From: Nitrospinales bacterium
Lineage (GTDB): Bacteria > Nitrospinota > Nitrospinia > Nitrospinales > VA-1
Direction: 5' to 3'
Assembly: GCA_965223795.1 (NCBI GenBank)
Contig: CBDCXL010000002.1
Location: 2,624,001 to 2,688,000, forward strand
DNA: 64,000 nt
Of the stretch, positions 1-11,306 are shown in pieces. The first letter of the stretch is position 1; every line of letters begins with the position of its first letter. A program made the position numbers and the translations under genes. The notes beneath the pieces were generated by a model. That model made no database searches. It saw only the letters and a list, made by a program, of their open reading frames with translations, and was not told the origin of the DNA.

Positions 1-2
1 GG

Positions 3-590
3 AACCTGTCGCACCGGCTGGACAACATCCGCAGGCTCAGGCCGCTCGATCTCAATATCTTCATTTTCGACTACCGCGGCTACGGCAAGAGCGAGGGTGA
101 ACCGGACGAAGCGGGGATCTATATCGACTCGCAGGCGGCCTACGACACGCTGGTGAAAGACAAAAACATCGATCCGGACTCGCTGATCCTGTTCGGCCGT
201 TCGCTCGGCGGCATCTGCGCGGTGCACACCGCCGCCAGCAACAAGGCGGCGGGGCTGATCCTCGAATCGGTGTTCACCAACGCGGAGGCGATGGCGAAGC
301 AGATGTTCCCCATCCCGCTGGGGTGGGCCATTTCGTCGAAGCTGGATGCGATCGGCAAGGTCGGCGGACTGACGCTGCCGAAACTGTTCCTGCACGGCAC
401 GAAGGACGAGGTGGTGCCGTACTCGATGGGGCGCGAGCTGTTCGAGGCGGCGGGGGAGCCGAAGACGTTTTATGAAATCCGGGGCGCCGGGCACAACAAC
501 ACCTATTTTGTCGGCGGGCCGGCCTACTTCGACGCGTGGGACCGGTTCGTCAACGAAACCCTGGCGCGGGCCCGTCCGGCCGGGACGTGA
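3..590 (+). CDS. alpha/beta hydrolase, 5'-truncated by the window edge
   Basis: Frame is open from nt 3; FDYRGYGKSEG, nucleophile GRSLGG, HGTKDEVV and GAGHN motifs. Confidence 0.9.
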   Translation, partial: NLSHRLDNIRRLRPLDLNIFIFDYRGYGKSEGEPDEAGIYIDSQAAYDTLVKDKNIDPDSLILFGRSLGGICAVHTAASNKAAGLILESVFTNAEAMAKQMFPIPLGWAISSKLDAIGKVGGLTLPKLFLHGTKDEVVPYSMGRELFEAAGEPKTFYEIRGAGHNNTYFVGGPAYFDAWDRFVNETLARARPAGT

Positions 591-627
591 ACGCGCTGAA
601 TCCACTTTAAGGAATTCGTATCCAGAA

Positions 628-1806
628 ATGCCAAACCAGGTGCGCCAGAAAATCGTCCGCGGTCTCAAGCGGGTCGTGATCAAGATCGGCAGTTCCGTCC
701 TCGCGGTGCGCGAGAACGGCAGGCCCGATCCGACGCAGGGCCTCAACCCGGACAAGGTGCGCGACTTCGCCAAACAGGTGCAGCGGATCGTGGACGGCGG
801 CACGCAGGTGATCCTGGTTTCCTCGGGCGCGATCATGGCGGGCCGCGAACGGCTGGGGCTGACGCGCACGCATCTCACCATCCCGGAAAAGCAGGCCTGC
901 GCGGCGATCGGCCAGAGCCATCTGATGCACGCCTACGAGAAGAAGTTCGACAAGCTGGGCCTCAAGGTGGCGCAGATCCTGCTGTCGAGCGGCGATCTGG
1001 CGAACCGCAAGCGCTACCTCAACGCCAAGCACACAGTGGAGGCGCTGCTCAAGCACAAGGTGATCCCGATCATCAACGAGAACGATTCGGTGACGGTGGA
1101 CGAGATCAAGATCGGCGACAACGACACGCTCTCCGCCACGGTGGCCTGCCTGGCCGACGCGGAGCTGCTCATCATTCTCTCCGACGTGGACGGGCTGTAT
1201 TCGCGCAACCCGTCGCTCAAGCCGGGACGCAACGACGGCGAGCCGCCGGAGCGCATCGCGCACGTGGACCGGGTGACGGAGAAGATCGAAAAGCTGGCGG
1301 GCAAAAGTGGCAGCAGCGTGACGGTGGGCGGCATGGTCACCAAGGTGATGGCGGCGAAAAAGACCATGCACTTCGGCATCCCCACGCTGCTGGCGAACGG
1401 GCTCGATTCGAAAGTGATGGACAGGGTGTTTGCGGGCGAAGCGGTGGGCACGCTGTTCTGGTCCGGGAAAGAAAAAATCCGCAACCGCAAGCACTGGATC
1501 GCGCACACGCTCAAGCCCTCGGGCGTGCTCACGGTGGACGCGGGCGCGCGCAAGGCGCTGCTGGAAGGCAGAAAGAGCCTGCTGCCGGCGGGCGTGGTGG
1601 GCGTGAAAGGCGCGTTCGAGTTCGGCAACGCGGTGTCGATTCAGGATGAAGCGGGCGCGGAGATCGGGCGCGGGCTGGTCAACTACAACACCGCCGACCT
1701 GGAGCAGATCCGCGGGCTCAAAACCACCGAAGTGCGGAAGCTGTTTCCGCGCAATTTCTACGAAGAGGTGATCCACCGCGACGACCTGGTGATCCTCGAT
1801 CCTTAA
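628..1806 (+). CDS. proB: glutamate 5-kinase with C-terminal PUA domain
   Basis: VIKIGSS, VSSGAI, PIINENDSV, GDNDTLSA, GGMVTK, SLLPAGV, EVIHRDDLV; ATG at 628 chosen over the ORF-track start at 472. Confidence 0.97.
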   Translation: MPNQVRQKIVRGLKRVVIKIGSSVLAVRENGRPDPTQGLNPDKVRDFAKQVQRIVDGGTQVILVSSGAIMAGRERLGLTRTHLTIPEKQACAAIGQSHLMHAYEKKFDKLGLKVAQILLSSGDLANRKRYLNAKHTVEALLKHKVIPIINENDSVTVDEIKIGDNDTLSATVACLADAELLIILSDVDGLYSRNPSLKPGRNDGEPPERIAHVDRVTEKIEKLAGKSGSSVTVGGMVTKVMAAKKTMHFGIPTLLANGLDSKVMDRVFAGEAVGTLFWSGKEKIRNRKHWIAHTLKPSGVLTVDAGARKALLEGRKSLLPAGVVGVKGAFEFGNAVSIQDEAGAEIGRGLVNYNTADLEQIRGLKTTEVRKLFPRNFYEEVIHRDDLVILDP

Positions 1807-1820
1807 ACGGCGCGCGCCTG

Positions 1821-2228
1821 ATGAGCAAGTGGTGGAAAAACGAACCGCTGCGTTTTGAATGCCAGCCGGACTGCTTCAAGTGCTGCGAAAAGCCCGGTGA
1901 GGTGTACTTCGACCGCGAGGACATCCAAAGCGCCGCGAAGCACCTCAACACCACGACCAGGGCCTTCAAGGCCGCCTACCTCAAGCGCGAAGACGGGCAC
2001 CATTCCCTGCAGGTGACGCCCGGCGAACCCTGCACGTTCCTCACACCCGAAGGCTGCGGCATCCATCCCGCGAAACCCAAGCAGTGCCAGGCGTACCCGT
2101 TCTGGAAGGACAACCTGGAATCGAAGAGCATGTGGCAGCTGGTGGGCGGGTTCTGCCCCGGCATCGACCGCGGCCCGATGGTGCCGCTGGAGATCATCAA
2201 GGACTATCTGAAAAAATTCCGGATGTGA
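1821..2228 (+). CDS. YkgJ-family cysteine cluster (zinc/iron-chelating) protein
   Basis: CQPDCFKCC, CTFL...CGIHPAKPKQCQAYPFW. Confidence 0.9.
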   Translation: MSKWWKNEPLRFECQPDCFKCCEKPGEVYFDREDIQSAAKHLNTTTRAFKAAYLKREDGHHSLQVTPGEPCTFLTPEGCGIHPAKPKQCQAYPFWKDNLESKSMWQLVGGFCPGIDRGPMVPLEIIKDYLKKFRM

Positions 2229-2326
2229 ATAAAGCGGGGTGGAATAGTTGATATATTTTTTTTTAAAAAATAAATTCGATTAAGTTGAACATGCGCTTTT
2301 CTGATGAGTTTAACAAATAGAGGACT

Positions 2327-2719
2327 ATGAATTCCGATAATCAAGTTGAGCTCCAAAAAGAAAAAAATAAGCTGCAAGTATACTTAATTGGCGCCGATAT
2401 AATAAAAGCGTTGATTCGATGTTGCGCTGCTGTAGCAATTTTTTACTTTGGATTTGATGCCCTAAAAACATTTGCTGGTAAAATTTCAATTGCAGATATA
2501 GAATTTTTATCAACAATAAAGATTAATAAGTGGGTTCCATTAGCTATAGGGATATTGGTTGGATATTCGGGCTTTCAATACGGTTTTAGACAAAAAAAAT
2601 TGCGAAAAGAGTATATAGATAGATACACTGATAGAATACAAAAATTAGAAAAACAAATAGATCCCAACAGGTCGTCAAGTGGATTAACTTCCACAGGCGA
2701 TTCTCACCCCGAGGATTAA
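2327..2719 (+). CDS. hypothetical 2-TM membrane protein (AT-rich islet)
   Basis: GAGGA RBS; two hydrophobic segments; C-terminal helix followed by IDPNRSSSGLTSTGDSHPED tail. Confidence 0.85.
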   Translation: MNSDNQVELQKEKNKLQVYLIGADIIKALIRCCAAVAIFYFGFDALKTFAGKISIADIEFLSTIKINKWVPLAIGILVGYSGFQYGFRQKKLRKEYIDRYTDRIQKLEKQIDPNRSSSGLTSTGDSHPED

Positions 2720-2726
2720 TGAAATT

Positions 2727-3284
2727 ATGAGTATTTACTGGGGAATATTTTTTATTGTACTTGGGATATTTTATTTATTATGGCATTGGTTATGGGTCCC
2801 CTTTTATTTAGATAATTTTCGATCTAAGTTATTTAATTTACGAGACGAACTCTTTGATTTTGCATGCCAGGGAGGAGTATCTTTTTCAAGCACTGAATAT
2901 TGCAGGATGAGAGAGTGGATCAATAGTACCTTACGTTTTGCACACCGAATAACTGTTACGGATATTGCTTTTATATTTTTTGCAATGTTGAAGTTAGATA
3001 ATTCAGAAAGTGAAAAAGACCAATTTAATATCGAATCAATAGTTGGTTCGATTGAGGACAAGAAAACAAAAACTTATTTTATTGAACTTAAAGATAAAAT
3101 AGGTTTGGAAACAGCAAAATTTTTTATATTAAGAAGTCCTTCTCTTTGGTTTGTATTTGGTGTTTTTGTTATTTGTTTTGCATTACATTATAAATTAAAG
3201 CAATCTGTAGATAAGGCTTATAACTGGTTTTTTAATAAAATTGAACCAGAACTTTCGGATATAGTTGGAAGGCCAATTTATTGA
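2727..3284 (+). CDS. hypothetical membrane protein (AT-rich islet)
   Basis: Starts 7 nt after the upstream stop; 2-3 hydrophobic segments; FRSKLFNLRDELFD...LRFAH helical core. Confidence 0.85.
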   Translation: MSIYWGIFFIVLGIFYLLWHWLWVPFYLDNFRSKLFNLRDELFDFACQGGVSFSSTEYCRMREWINSTLRFAHRITVTDIAFIFFAMLKLDNSESEKDQFNIESIVGSIEDKKTKTYFIELKDKIGLETAKFFILRSPSLWFVFGVFVICFALHYKLKQSVDKAYNWFFNKIEPELSDIVGRPIY

Positions 3285-3355
3285 TTTTTTATATTGATGC
3301 TTAGTTCGTTATTTTGATGTTTATTTGAAACATATTTGGTAATTCTTGCTGTATT

Positions 3356-3382
3356 AAAAGCGCCTATTATAGGCGCTTTTTT
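3356..3382. terminator. bidirectional intrinsic terminator
   Basis: AAAAGCGCCTA-TTA-TAGGCGCTTTT stem with A/T tracts on both sides, between convergent genes. Confidence 0.85.
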
Positions 3383-3385
3383 ATT

Positions 3386-4849
<1,464 letters not shown>

Positions 4850-4913
4850 GGAGTTGTCTTTGCGAGTGGACCGGAGTCCGGATTGAGCGGTTTTGTTCTC
4901 CCATGTATTTTAA

Positions 4914-4967
4914 TACGAAAATTGGTAGCAATTCTACTAAAAGTCATGAATTACTATATTTGGTAAT
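4914..4967. promoter_or_regulatory. candidate upstream activator sites for the bEBP
   Basis: Two TAC-N8-GTA dyads (4914-4927 and 4952-4965), about 70-120 bp upstream of the -24/-12 box. Confidence 0.55.
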
Positions 4968-4992
4968 CTATCCGGTTGGGGTGAATATCGAT

Positions 4993-5005
4993 TAACTGAT
5001 TGATA
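4993..5005 (-). promoter_or_regulatory. IHF binding site
   Basis: TAACTGATTGATA is the reverse complement of WATCAANNNNTTR and lies between the UAS and the sigma54 box. Confidence 0.7.
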
Positions 5006-5033
5006 TTTAATGGATTAATTTAGTTCCGGCTGG

Positions 5034-5049
5034 CGGCACGCTCGCTGCA
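5034..5049 (+). promoter_or_regulatory. sigma54 -24/-12 promoter
   Basis: CGGCACG-CTCG-CTGCA with exact GG-N10-GC spacing; divergent bEBP gene adjacent. Confidence 0.8.
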
Positions 5050-5104
5050 ATGAAGTCGGGTGATGACGGCATTCACAACTCTTTTCATCAAGGAGATTCG
5101 ATAG

Positions 5105-5536
5105 ATGAACACGCAAAGCAAACAATCGGGATTTAAAGTGCAGCTTAAAGGCATCGACCATTTCGGCATCAACGTGCGCGACATGGACCGGGCCGTGAAG
5201 TTTTACCGCGACGTGCTGGGCTTTGAGCTTGAAGAAGACTACAAGCCGGGGCAAGGGCATGTGGAGTTGTTCGCGGGTAACGTGTATCTGGCGCTGTTCG
5301 AGACGCCGGAGCTGGATCTGGACGCGGGGCATGAAATCCTGACGCGCGATGGCTACCTGCACTGGGCGTTCGAGGTGCGGCCGGAGGATTTCGACGCGAC
5401 GCTCGAAGCGCTCAAGGATAAAGGCGTGCAGTTCAACGGCAAGGTGCGCCAGCACGGCAGCGGGCCGTCGGCTTACTTCTACGATCCGGACGGCAATTAT
5501 CTCGAGATCCACGCCAACAAACCAAAATCATCGTGA
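5105..5536 (+). CDS. VOC/glyoxalase family protein
   Basis: IDHFGINVRD, FYRDVLGF, HWAF, YFYDPDGNYLEI. Confidence 0.92.
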   Translation: MNTQSKQSGFKVQLKGIDHFGINVRDMDRAVKFYRDVLGFELEEDYKPGQGHVELFAGNVYLALFETPELDLDAGHEILTRDGYLHWAFEVRPEDFDATLEALKDKGVQFNGKVRQHGSGPSAYFYDPDGNYLEIHANKPKSS

Positions 5537-6384
5537 AGGGGCATCCCTTTAAGCATAGCGAAAGCGAGGCAAAGAAAATGATGACGCAACCAAAATCTCT
5601 GGACATCAAGTTGTACCCGCCGGAAGCGCAGGGCGTCGGGGCCTTCGACGGCGGCAGGATCACCGAAACCAAGCCGGTGGCGTTCCCGCACGAAAACGCC
5701 GCCGTACCCCACCTGGGTCCGCTGTTTTACTGGGCCTGGGCCACGGCGGAAGGCTACGGCAAGATCGCGCTGCACCCGCACAAGGGGTTTGAGATCATGA
5801 GCTACGCGCTCACCGGCGAGATCGGCCATTACGACACGCTGGGAAACAAAAGCCGCGTCAAGGCCGGCGGCGCGCAGGTCATGCAGACCGGCTCCGGCGT
5901 TTCGCATGAAGAAGAAACCGTCGGGGACCGCACCGAGTTTTTCCAGATCTGGTTCGAGCCGGATCTCAAGCAGGCGGTGCAACGGCCCGCCACCTATCGC
6001 GAAATCGACGATGCTGCGTTTCCGGTGAGCGAGCGGGACGGCGTGCGCGTCAAATCGGTGCTGGGCGCGGGATCTCCTGTCGAACTGGTGACCGAGGCGG
6101 CCATGCAGGATGTGACGGTCGCGGCCAACCGCGAACACGCGCACCCGCTCCAAGCCGGAAAGACTCTGGCGGCGGTGGTCATCGAAGGGGACGGGACGCT
6201 GCTGGATGCGGAATCGGGCGGCAAGACGCACATCCGCAGAAAGGACTTCGCGGTGGTCCACGCCCAGGCAGCCGGGACGGTTACCTTCAAGGCGGGTTCG
6301 CAAGGCGCGCTGCGGCTGGCCCTCGTCGAGGTGCCCGCGCGGGTGAAGTATCCGCTGTACCGCGACGGCCGCGTGGCGATTTAG
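5533..6384 (+). CDS. pirin family protein (start may be 5578)
   Basis: HPHKGFEIMSY, HYDTLGN, MQTGSGVSHEE, FQIW. Confidence 0.9.
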   Translation: MKGHPFKHSESEAKKMMTQPKSLDIKLYPPEAQGVGAFDGGRITETKPVAFPHENAAVPHLGPLFYWAWATAEGYGKIALHPHKGFEIMSYALTGEIGHYDTLGNKSRVKAGGAQVMQTGSGVSHEEETVGDRTEFFQIWFEPDLKQAVQRPATYREIDDAAFPVSERDGVRVKSVLGAGSPVELVTEAAMQDVTVAANREHAHPLQAGKTLAAVVIEGDGTLLDAESGGKTHIRRKDFAVVHAQAAGTVTFKAGSQGALRLALVEVPARVKYPLYRDGRVAI

Positions 6385-6440
6385 ACAACCATTCCACAGA
6401 CTGCAATTTAACAGCGATACTACACAGGGAGGATTCCATA

Positions 6441-7310
6441 ATGTCAAAGAAACTTTCCGTGCTCATCATGGGTGCGACCGGCAACCAGGGCGGCGCCGTC
6501 GCCCGCAATCTGCTGCCCAGGGGGCATCGTATCCGTACGATCACGCGCAACGTCGATTCCGCGAAAGCCCGGCAGCTCAAGGATAAAGGCGTGGAGGTGG
6601 TGAAAGGCGATTTCTCCGATCCGGGCTCGCTGGTCGCGGCCATGCAGGGCATGGACGCGGTGTACGCGATGACCACGCCGTTCGAAGCGGGCATCGACGC
6701 GGAGACGCAACAGGGCATTGCTCTGGCCGATGCGGCGAAACAGGCGGGAGTGGGGCATTTCGTGTTCGGCTCGGTGGCGAACGCCGATCAGAACACGAAC
6801 ATTCCGCATTTTGACAGCAAGTACAAGGTCGAGCAGTATCTGGCGGCGCTGGGCGTGCCGTATTCGATCAGCGCTCCGGTGTACTTCATGGACAACCTGC
6901 TGGGACCCTGGTTTCTGCCTTCGGTGCAGCAGGGCGCGTTGAAATTCGCCATGCCGGCGGACCGCGTGCTGCAGCAGGTCTCGGTGGACAACATCGGCGC
7001 GTTCGGCGCGGCGCTCATCGAGCGGCGGGAAAGCGTGTTCGGCAAGCGGTTCGACATCGCCGGCGACGAACTGACGGGAACCGAGGCGGTGCGCATCGTC
7101 TCCGAAGCCAGCGGCCGCACGATCGGCTACGAGGCATTCGATCCGGAGATGATGCGGGCGGACAATCCCGATTTTGCGGAAATGTTTTCCTGGTTCAACC
7201 GCGTCGGGTACTCGGCGGACATCGCCGGGCTGCGCCGGGATTTTCCGGAAGTCGAATGGGACAGCTACAAGGACTGGGCGCAGCGCCAGGACTGGAAGGC
7301 CATTCAATGA
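6441..7310 (+). CDS. NmrA/HSCARG family NAD(P)-binding protein
   Basis: GATGNQGG, IPHFDSKYKVE. Confidence 0.92.
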   Translation: MSKKLSVLIMGATGNQGGAVARNLLPRGHRIRTITRNVDSAKARQLKDKGVEVVKGDFSDPGSLVAAMQGMDAVYAMTTPFEAGIDAETQQGIALADAAKQAGVGHFVFGSVANADQNTNIPHFDSKYKVEQYLAALGVPYSISAPVYFMDNLLGPWFLPSVQQGALKFAMPADRVLQQVSVDNIGAFGAALIERRESVFGKRFDIAGDELTGTEAVRIVSEASGRTIGYEAFDPEMMRADNPDFAEMFSWFNRVGYSADIAGLRRDFPEVEWDSYKDWAQRQDWKAIQ

Positions 7311-7348
7311 TATCCACCTGAAGCGAATCCACGAAAGAATGAGGCAGC

Positions 7349-7744
7349 ATGAAAACATCGTCTGCAAAAATCGGCGCGGTGATGTATTTCATCTGGGGGC
7401 TCCTGCATCTGAAGGCGGCTTTCAGCGTCTATCAACTGGGCAGCGGGCTGGATGCGGGAATGGTGCAGGGCCGTGTGTTTCAGGATGCGTGGAACCTGTT
7501 GTTCTTTGCGCTCATCGGCATGATCGTGGCGGTTCGATTCAACTGGCGCAACAGCCGGCTGGGATACTGGATCAACCTGATCACGGTGAGCGTCACGGAT
7601 ATCGGGTTCATCGCTTTCGTCCTGATTCCCGGATACATTGCATTGTTCCCCGGTATCCTGGGGCCGGTTTTCTGGGTGCTGGGAGCGGTGTTCAGCACCC
7701 TTGGCCTGCGGGCCGAGATCAAAACGCCCGATCGCCCGGTTTAA
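7349..7744 (+). CDS. hypothetical 4-TM membrane protein
   Basis: GAGG RBS; four hydrophobic segments; inside the operon. Confidence 0.75.
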   Translation: MKTSSAKIGAVMYFIWGLLHLKAAFSVYQLGSGLDAGMVQGRVFQDAWNLLFFALIGMIVAVRFNWRNSRLGYWINLITVSVTDIGFIAFVLIPGYIALFPGILGPVFWVLGAVFSTLGLRAEIKTPDRPV

Positions 7745-7787
7745 AAACATGCAGAACATAGCTATTCATTGCGGAAAGGATGGAAAA

Positions 7788-8801
7788 ATGAATCGACCGT
7801 TAAAACGGAAGTTGTTTGGACTCTCCCTGCTTGCATCGTTCCTGCTTGGGATCGGTGCATCCATTGCCGCTGAACAAAAAGAAGAAAAGAAACAACAGCT
7901 GGTCTGGGACGCGGGCGCGGTGCAGCTTCAGATGGAGAAGCTGGCCGAGGGCGTGTATGCGTACTATCCCACCGATGCGAAGGAAAAAAATCCCAAGGGC
8001 TATCCCGTCGCCACCTCGGGAGGTTTCGTGGTTGGAGATAAGGGCGTGCTCGTGATCGAGTCGATGGTCAACAAGCGGCTGGCGGAGCAGGTGATGGGGT
8101 TTGTCAAAAAAGTCACCGACAAGCCGATCCTGTATGTGGTCAACACCAGCTACCACGGCGATCACGCTTACGGGAACTACGCGTTTCCCAAAAGCGCGAA
8201 GATCATCCAGCACAGCAGGACCAAAGCGTTCATGGAAAACAAAGAGGCCTTCGAGGCGGACAAAAAGTTCATGGCGCAGTATTTCGGCGCCAACCGCGGC
8301 ATCGAGGAGGTGGTGGCGCGCACGGCGGACATCGTGGTGGACGATCGCAAGATTCTCGACCTGGGCGGAAAGAAGGTGGAAATCCGGCATTTCGGGTTCG
8401 CCCAGACGGAAGGCGATCTGTTGGTCTGGGTTCCGGACGCCAGGGTGATGTGGACGGGCAACCCGCTGGTCGCCATGCCGCCGGCGCTGCCGTGGCTTCT
8501 GGACGGCAGGCATCAGGAAGTCCTGGCGACGATGAAAAAGGTCCGCGCCTTCCTGCCCGAGGACGCGGTGGTGGTTCCCGGCCACGGCATTCCGGCGCAG
8601 CCAAAGGATCTCGATTTTACCATCCGCTATCTGGAGACGCTGCACAAGGAAGTGAAGTATGCGGTGGACAGCGGCACGAGCCTGGAGCTGGCGCAAAAAG
8701 AAATCACCATGAAGGATTTCCAGGGCTACGCGCTCTGGGGCTGGGTGCATTCCGGCGTCAACGTGCCCAACACGTATAAGGAACTTTCCGGAAAGCGTTG
8801 A
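7788..8801 (+). CDS. exported MBL-fold metallo-hydrolase (cyclase-like)
   Basis: Signal peptide; variant NTSYHGDHAYGN motif; VPGHG. Confidence 0.88.
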   Translation: MNRPLKRKLFGLSLLASFLLGIGASIAAEQKEEKKQQLVWDAGAVQLQMEKLAEGVYAYYPTDAKEKNPKGYPVATSGGFVVGDKGVLVIESMVNKRLAEQVMGFVKKVTDKPILYVVNTSYHGDHAYGNYAFPKSAKIIQHSRTKAFMENKEAFEADKKFMAQYFGANRGIEEVVARTADIVVDDRKILDLGGKKVEIRHFGFAQTEGDLLVWVPDARVMWTGNPLVAMPPALPWLLDGRHQEVLATMKKVRAFLPEDAVVVPGHGIPAQPKDLDFTIRYLETLHKEVKYAVDSGTSLELAQKEITMKDFQGYALWGWVHSGVNVPNTYKELSGKR

Positions 8802-8849
8802 GTTTCGATTAATGTGAATCAAGGTTCATTCATGAAAAGGGGAGAAAGC

Positions 8850-9470
8850 ATGGAATTTTCACAGTTGATTCAGGAACGCCGCAGCGTCAAATCCTACGAT
8901 CCGGAGCACAGCCTCAGCAACGCGGAACTCAGGGAGCTGTTCGAGGAAGTCAGGATGAGCCCCAGTGCGTTCAACCTGCAGCACTGGCTGTTCATCGCGG
9001 TGACGGACCCGGATACCAAAAAGAAGCTCATGGAAGCGGCGTGGGGCCAGCCGCAGGTGGGGGCGAGCTCGGTGGCGTTTTTGGTGTGCGGCAAGCTCGA
9101 CGCTTTCAAAGACGCACCGCGCATCTACGAGGCGACCCCGGCCGAGGTGCAGGAAAAGATGCTGCCGATGATCGAAAATTTCTACGCGGGCAAGGAGCAG
9201 ATTCAGCGCGACGAGGCGATCCGTAGCGCGTCGTTCGCCGCCATGACGCTGATGTATGCCGCGAAGAACCGCGGCTACGCCACCGGGCCGATGATCGGTT
9301 TCGACCCCGACGCGGCGGCCAGGCTGCTCAAGCTCACACCCAACGTCATTCCGGTGATGATGCTGGTGCTGGGCCGTGAGAAAGACGCGCCCCGGCCGCG
9401 GGCCTACCGCCGCCCGGTCGAGGAGGTGGTGCGGCTGAACGCCCTGGACGGGCCGGGGCTCACGGACTGA
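8850..9470 (+). CDS. nitroreductase family protein
   Basis: RRSVKSYD, SPSAFNLQHW, GPMIGFD; GGAG RBS. Confidence 0.93.
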   Translation: MEFSQLIQERRSVKSYDPEHSLSNAELRELFEEVRMSPSAFNLQHWLFIAVTDPDTKKKLMEAAWGQPQVGASSVAFLVCGKLDAFKDAPRIYEATPAEVQEKMLPMIENFYAGKEQIQRDEAIRSASFAAMTLMYAAKNRGYATGPMIGFDPDAAARLLKLTPNVIPVMMLVLGREKDAPRPRAYRRPVEEVVRLNALDGPGLTD

Positions 9471-9524
9471 ACCCGGATACCCGCTTAATCCGCAAGGGCC
9501 TGCCGGGTGCTACCCGAAAGCTGG

Positions 9525-9553
9525 TTGACAAGGCTTGAGGCGGTCCCCATAAT
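9525..9553 (+). promoter_or_regulatory. sigma70 promoter of purA
   Basis: TTGACA-17 nt-CATAAT. Confidence 0.75.
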
Positions 9554-9677
9554 AGCCAGTTGGCCGAACATACCAGGACGGATTCCCGCCGGGGCTCACC
9601 TAATAGAATCAATCGATCGGCTCTGTCCAGCAACGCATCGGCTCATCGCCCCGGCATCGCACGATCCAGGAGAACCC

Positions 9678-10964
9678 ATGCCGGTTGCGGTGGTTGTCGG
9701 AATGCAGTGGGGCGATGAGGGCAAGGGCAAGATCATCGACCTTTTGTCGCAGAAGGCGGACGTGGTGGCGCGCTATCAGGGCGGGCACAACGCCGGTCAC
9801 ACCATCTGTTTCGACGACAAGCAGTACGTGCTGCACCTGATCCCTTCGGGGATCTTCCATCCGGGAAAACTCTGCCTCATCGGCAACGGCGTCGTGGTCG
9901 ATCCGCAGGCGCTGCTCGAAGAGATCCGGCAGCTGGAATCGGCGGGCATCGACCTCAACGGCCGGCTGGTCTTGAGCGAACGCGCGAACATCATCCTGCC
10001 TTACCACGGCACCTCCGACGTCCACCGGGAACGCGAAGCCCGCTTCACCAAGATCGGCACCACGGGACGCGGCATCGGCCCGTCTTATGCGGACAAGATC
10101 GCGCGCGTCGGCATCCGCACCTGCGATTTTCTCGATGTCGAGCGCCTGCGCGGCCAGTTCGAAGCCAATTACAAAGAAAAGCAGCAGATTTTAAAGCACC
10201 TGTACGGTCACGAACTGCCGCCTTTCGAGGGCCTGTTCGAAGAGCTGCTGAGCTTCCGCGACACGCTGCTCAAGTACATGGGCAACACCCAGTCGCTGCT
10301 TAAAACGCTGATCGCCGATGGCAAGAAGGTGCTGTGCGAGGGCGCGCAGGGCACGATGCTGGATGTGGACCACGGCACCTATCCGTTCGTCACCTCGTCC
10401 AACGCCACGGTGGGCGGCGCCTGCACGGGGCTCGGCATTCCGGCGACAAAGATCGACCGCGTGGTCGGCGTGCTGAAGGCCTACACCACGCGGGTGGGGG
10501 AGGGGCCGTTCCCGACGGAACTCAACGACGCGGATGGCGAAAAGCTGCGCGCGGAGGGGCACGAATTCGGCGCCACCACCGGCAGACCGCGCCGCTGCGG
10601 CTGGTTCGATGCGGTCATCGCGCGCTACGGCGTCGACATCAACGGCATCGACGCGCTGGTGCTCACCAAGATCGACGTGCTCGACAAGTTCGAGACGATC
10701 AAGGTCTGCACGGGGTACAAATATAAAGGAAAGGTGTACGAGGAAATGCCCGCCAACCTCGACTGCCTGGAAAAGGGCGAGCCGGTGTACACCGAGTATC
10801 CCGGCTGGATGGCGAACACGGTGGGCGTCGAGTCGTACGAGCAGCTGCCGGACAACGCCCGCCGCTACATCGAAGGGTTGAGCGATCTGCTCAAGGTGCC
10901 GTTCCTGATGGTCTCCACCGGGCCGTCGCGGGTGCACACCATCTGCCTGGGAGAGCTGTTTTGA
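9678..10964 (+). CDS. purA: adenylosuccinate synthetase
   Basis: QWGDEGKGK, GGHNAGHT, GTTGRGIGP, GATTGRPRRCGW. Confidence 0.98.
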   Translation: MPVAVVVGMQWGDEGKGKIIDLLSQKADVVARYQGGHNAGHTICFDDKQYVLHLIPSGIFHPGKLCLIGNGVVVDPQALLEEIRQLESAGIDLNGRLVLSERANIILPYHGTSDVHREREARFTKIGTTGRGIGPSYADKIARVGIRTCDFLDVERLRGQFEANYKEKQQILKHLYGHELPPFEGLFEELLSFRDTLLKYMGNTQSLLKTLIADGKKVLCEGAQGTMLDVDHGTYPFVTSSNATVGGACTGLGIPATKIDRVVGVLKAYTTRVGEGPFPTELNDADGEKLRAEGHEFGATTGRPRRCGWFDAVIARYGVDINGIDALVLTKIDVLDKFETIKVCTGYKYKGKVYEEMPANLDCLEKGEPVYTEYPGWMANTVGVESYEQLPDNARRYIEGLSDLLKVPFLMVSTGPSRVHTICLGELF

Positions 10965-11254
10965 AGATCGCGCTGGAGGAAAAGGCGCGCGCGTTTCTGC
11001 GCGAAAAGGATCAGTCCGAGGTGACCATCGACCTTGCGGAAATCGAGTCGAGTTGCTGCGTCGGCAGGCTGCCGGAGGTGCTGATCCGCCGCGACCCGCC
11101 GCGAAACCCCCGGAATTACAGGAGCTTCACCGTCGATGGGGTGCGTGTCCACCTGTCCAACCTGCTGCGCACCAAAGAAACCCTGACGCTGTCGCTTTCG
11201 GGTCTGGGCCCGTTCCGCAAACTCGAGGTCTCGGGGCTCAATCTTATATTATAA
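10961..11254 (+). CDS. small CC-motif (HesB-like / CC-Se family) protein
   Basis: 4-nt overlap with purA; SSCCVG motif; VDGVRVHL. Confidence 0.7.
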   Translation: MKIALEEKARAFLREKDQSEVTIDLAEIESSCCVGRLPEVLIRRDPPRNPRNYRSFTVDGVRVHLSNLLRTKETLTLSLSGLGPFRKLEVSGLNLIL

Positions 11255-11306
11255 TTGTAAGAGCGGTTACCCCCTCTTGGACCCTGAACGCAAAAGGTCT
11301 TGAGCG

